Position numbers and translations under genes: made by a program. 64,000 bases of DNA, taken from positions 132,990,001 to 133,054,000 of the forward strand of contig NW_026262581.1 in assembly GCF_021869535.1 (NCBI RefSeq). The letters run 5' to 3'. The stretch is from Mytilus californianus. Taxonomy: Eukaryota. Shown in pieces: positions 61,923 to 64,000 of this stretch (position 1 is the stretch's first letter; each line of letters starts with the position of its first letter). The notes under the pieces are model-generated. The model was not told where the DNA came from. It was given only the letters and a program-made list of their open reading frames with translations, and did not search any database.

Positions 61923-63892
61923 AACTTGAATAAAATGCTCTGCAGGGCGCAGCTTGATACGACCGCAGAGGTCGAACCTTGAACAGTTGGGGCAAGTATG
62001 GACACAACATTCAAGCTTGATACAGCTCTGAATTTGGATTGTGATTAAATATTTGACACAGCATAGGTTTCTGACACAGAATGAATGTTGTCTAAGAACT
62101 TAAAAATTTTAAATTGGACATTCACCTATTATGGTCCAATATCCAAAATCTAAATACATGGTTAGATTCAGCATATCAAAGAACCCCAAGAATTCAATTT
62201 TTGATGAAATCAAACAAAGTTTAATTTTGGACCCTTTTGACCTCAATGTGGACAAAGTTGATAACGGGGCCCAAAAATCAAAAATCTAAATACATGGTCA
62301 GATTCAGCATATCAAAGAACCCCATATATTCAATTTTTGTTGAAATCAAACAAAGTTTAATTTTGGACCCCGATTTGGACCAACTTGAAAACTGGGCCCA
62401 TAATCAAAAATCTAAATACATGTTTAGATTCAGCATATCAAAGAACCCTAAAAATTCAATTTTTGTTAAAATCAAACTAAGTTTAATTTTGGACCCTTTG
62501 GACCTTAATGTAGACCAATTTAAAGCGGAACCCAAAAATTAAGAATCTAAATACACGGTTAGATTCGGCATATCAAAGAACCCCAATAATTCAATTTTTG
62601 ATGAAATCAAACAAAGTTAAATTTTGGACCCTTTGGACCTCAATGTGGACCAATATAAAAACGGGGCCCAAAATCCAAAAACTTAATACACGGTTAGATT
62701 CAGCATATTAAAGAACCCCAAGAATTCAAGAATAAAACCCCATTGAAATTGATCAAGAAATAAGCAATTTATACGAAGTATCTTCTTTTGCACAATACTG
62801 TGCAATTGAATATTTCTTGCTATTGTGCAATACTGTACAATTGACAATTTCTTGCTATTGCGCAATATTGTGCTATTGGATATTTCTTGCTATTGCGCAA
62901 TACTGAGCAATTGAAGATTTCTTGAAATTGCGCAATACTGTGCAATTGAAGATTTCTTGCTATTGTGCAATACTGTGCAATTGAAAATTTCTTGCTATTG
63001 CACAATACTTATTATATAATAATTTACACATCCTGTTTGGTGTGTATCTCCTACCATATCATTATTATTTGCTTTTAAATATTAATCAGAAATAACCAAC
63101 TTAAAATGGAAAATTTTAAAAGAAAAAAAAAAGGAAAAAAGAAAAAAAAAGAAAAAAAAAAAATCCCCCCCCCCCAAATTTTTTTAACCCCCTTATGATT
63201 CATCACCCCCAAACTCAATCCCAGCCTTCCCTTTGTGGTATGGTACTTGCAGTACAATTTCAGAGAGATCCATACACTTGAACACAAGTTATTGTCTGGA
63301 AACTAGAAAAATGCTTATTTTTGGCCCCTTTTTGGCCCCCAATTCCTAAACGATTTGGGCAATTACCCCCAAACTCAATTCCAGCTTTCCCTTTGTGATA
63401 TGGAACCTTGTAGTACAATTTCAGAAATATCCAAACACTTACACACAAGTTATTGTCATGAAACTAGAAAAATGCTTGTTTTTTGTCCCTTTTTTGGCCC
63501 CTAATTCCTAAAATTTTGAGGCAATTACCCCCAAAATCAATTACAGCCTTCCCTTTGTGATATGGAACCTTGTGGTACAATGTCAGAGAGATCCATACAC
63601 TTACACACAAGTTATTGTCTGGAAGTTACAAAAATGCTTATTTTTGGCCCCTTTTTGGCCCCTAATTCCTTAACTGTTGGTACCATAACCCCCAAAATCA
63701 ATCCCAACCTTCCTTTCGTGGTATTAAACCTTATGGTAAAATTTCATAGAGATCCATTCACTTAAACTAAAGTTAGAGTGCGAAAACCAATGTGTCTTCG
63801 GACGACGCCAGACGACGACGACGACGACGCCAACGCCAACGTCATACCAATATACGACCAAAAAATTTTTAATTTTTGCGGTCGTATAAAAA
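61923..63892 (+). mobile_element. complete HINE-like element with three internal tandem arrays (~135 bp x5, 35 bp x6-7, ~161 bp x4)
   Basis: 5' subTIR ATACGACCGC (61957-61966). 3' hairpin TATACGACC...GCGGTCGTATA (63851-63888), whose right arm is the reverse complement of the 5' subTIR. (GAC)n microsatellite before the hairpin and an A-run at the end. Confidence 0.75.
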
Positions 63893-64000
63893 CTGGTTGA
63901 AGTTCATTCCTAATTTAAACATATATGGCATTTCCGAAAAAAATTCATTGATAAAACCCTGACAAATTTTCCGGTACTTTTGGTAGTTGATAACATTTAT

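Overview
AT-rich eukaryotic genomic DNA with GT-AG spliced genes. The repeat landscape resembles a bivalve mollusc, possibly Mytilus; this rests on my recall of the repeat families, not on a search. Two conserved genes converge tail-to-tail. On + is the 3' part of a cAMP phosphodiesterase 4 (PDE4/dunce-like) gene: 8 coding exons at 1405-24431, covering the UCR2 C-terminal half and the full catalytic domain. On - is a complete 5-exon RNF170 E3 ligase CDS (61749-48720, 261 aa). Between their 3' ends is a ~16.3 kb strand-asymmetric 56-bp satellite with exact 1424-bp higher-order repeats that carry copies of its own left flank. An RNF170 intron holds a ~5.6 kb TA-flanked pogo-type (DD35D) transposon. 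Its transposase (HTH-psq/CENP-B HTH/DDE/PHD finger) has a single frameshift in an A7 run, and the element contains nested insertions. Introns are full of minisatellites, satellite-carrying Helentron-type non-autonomous elements and foldback MITEs. I found no clearly new multi-gene system. The strongest leads are the flank-carrying satellite HOR, the PHD-bearing pogo element, a Trp-to-Ser change in the PDE4 active-site helix, tandemly duplicated RNF170 splice donors and paired intronic CRE palindromes in PDE4. Coordinates were counted by hand and no database searches were run.
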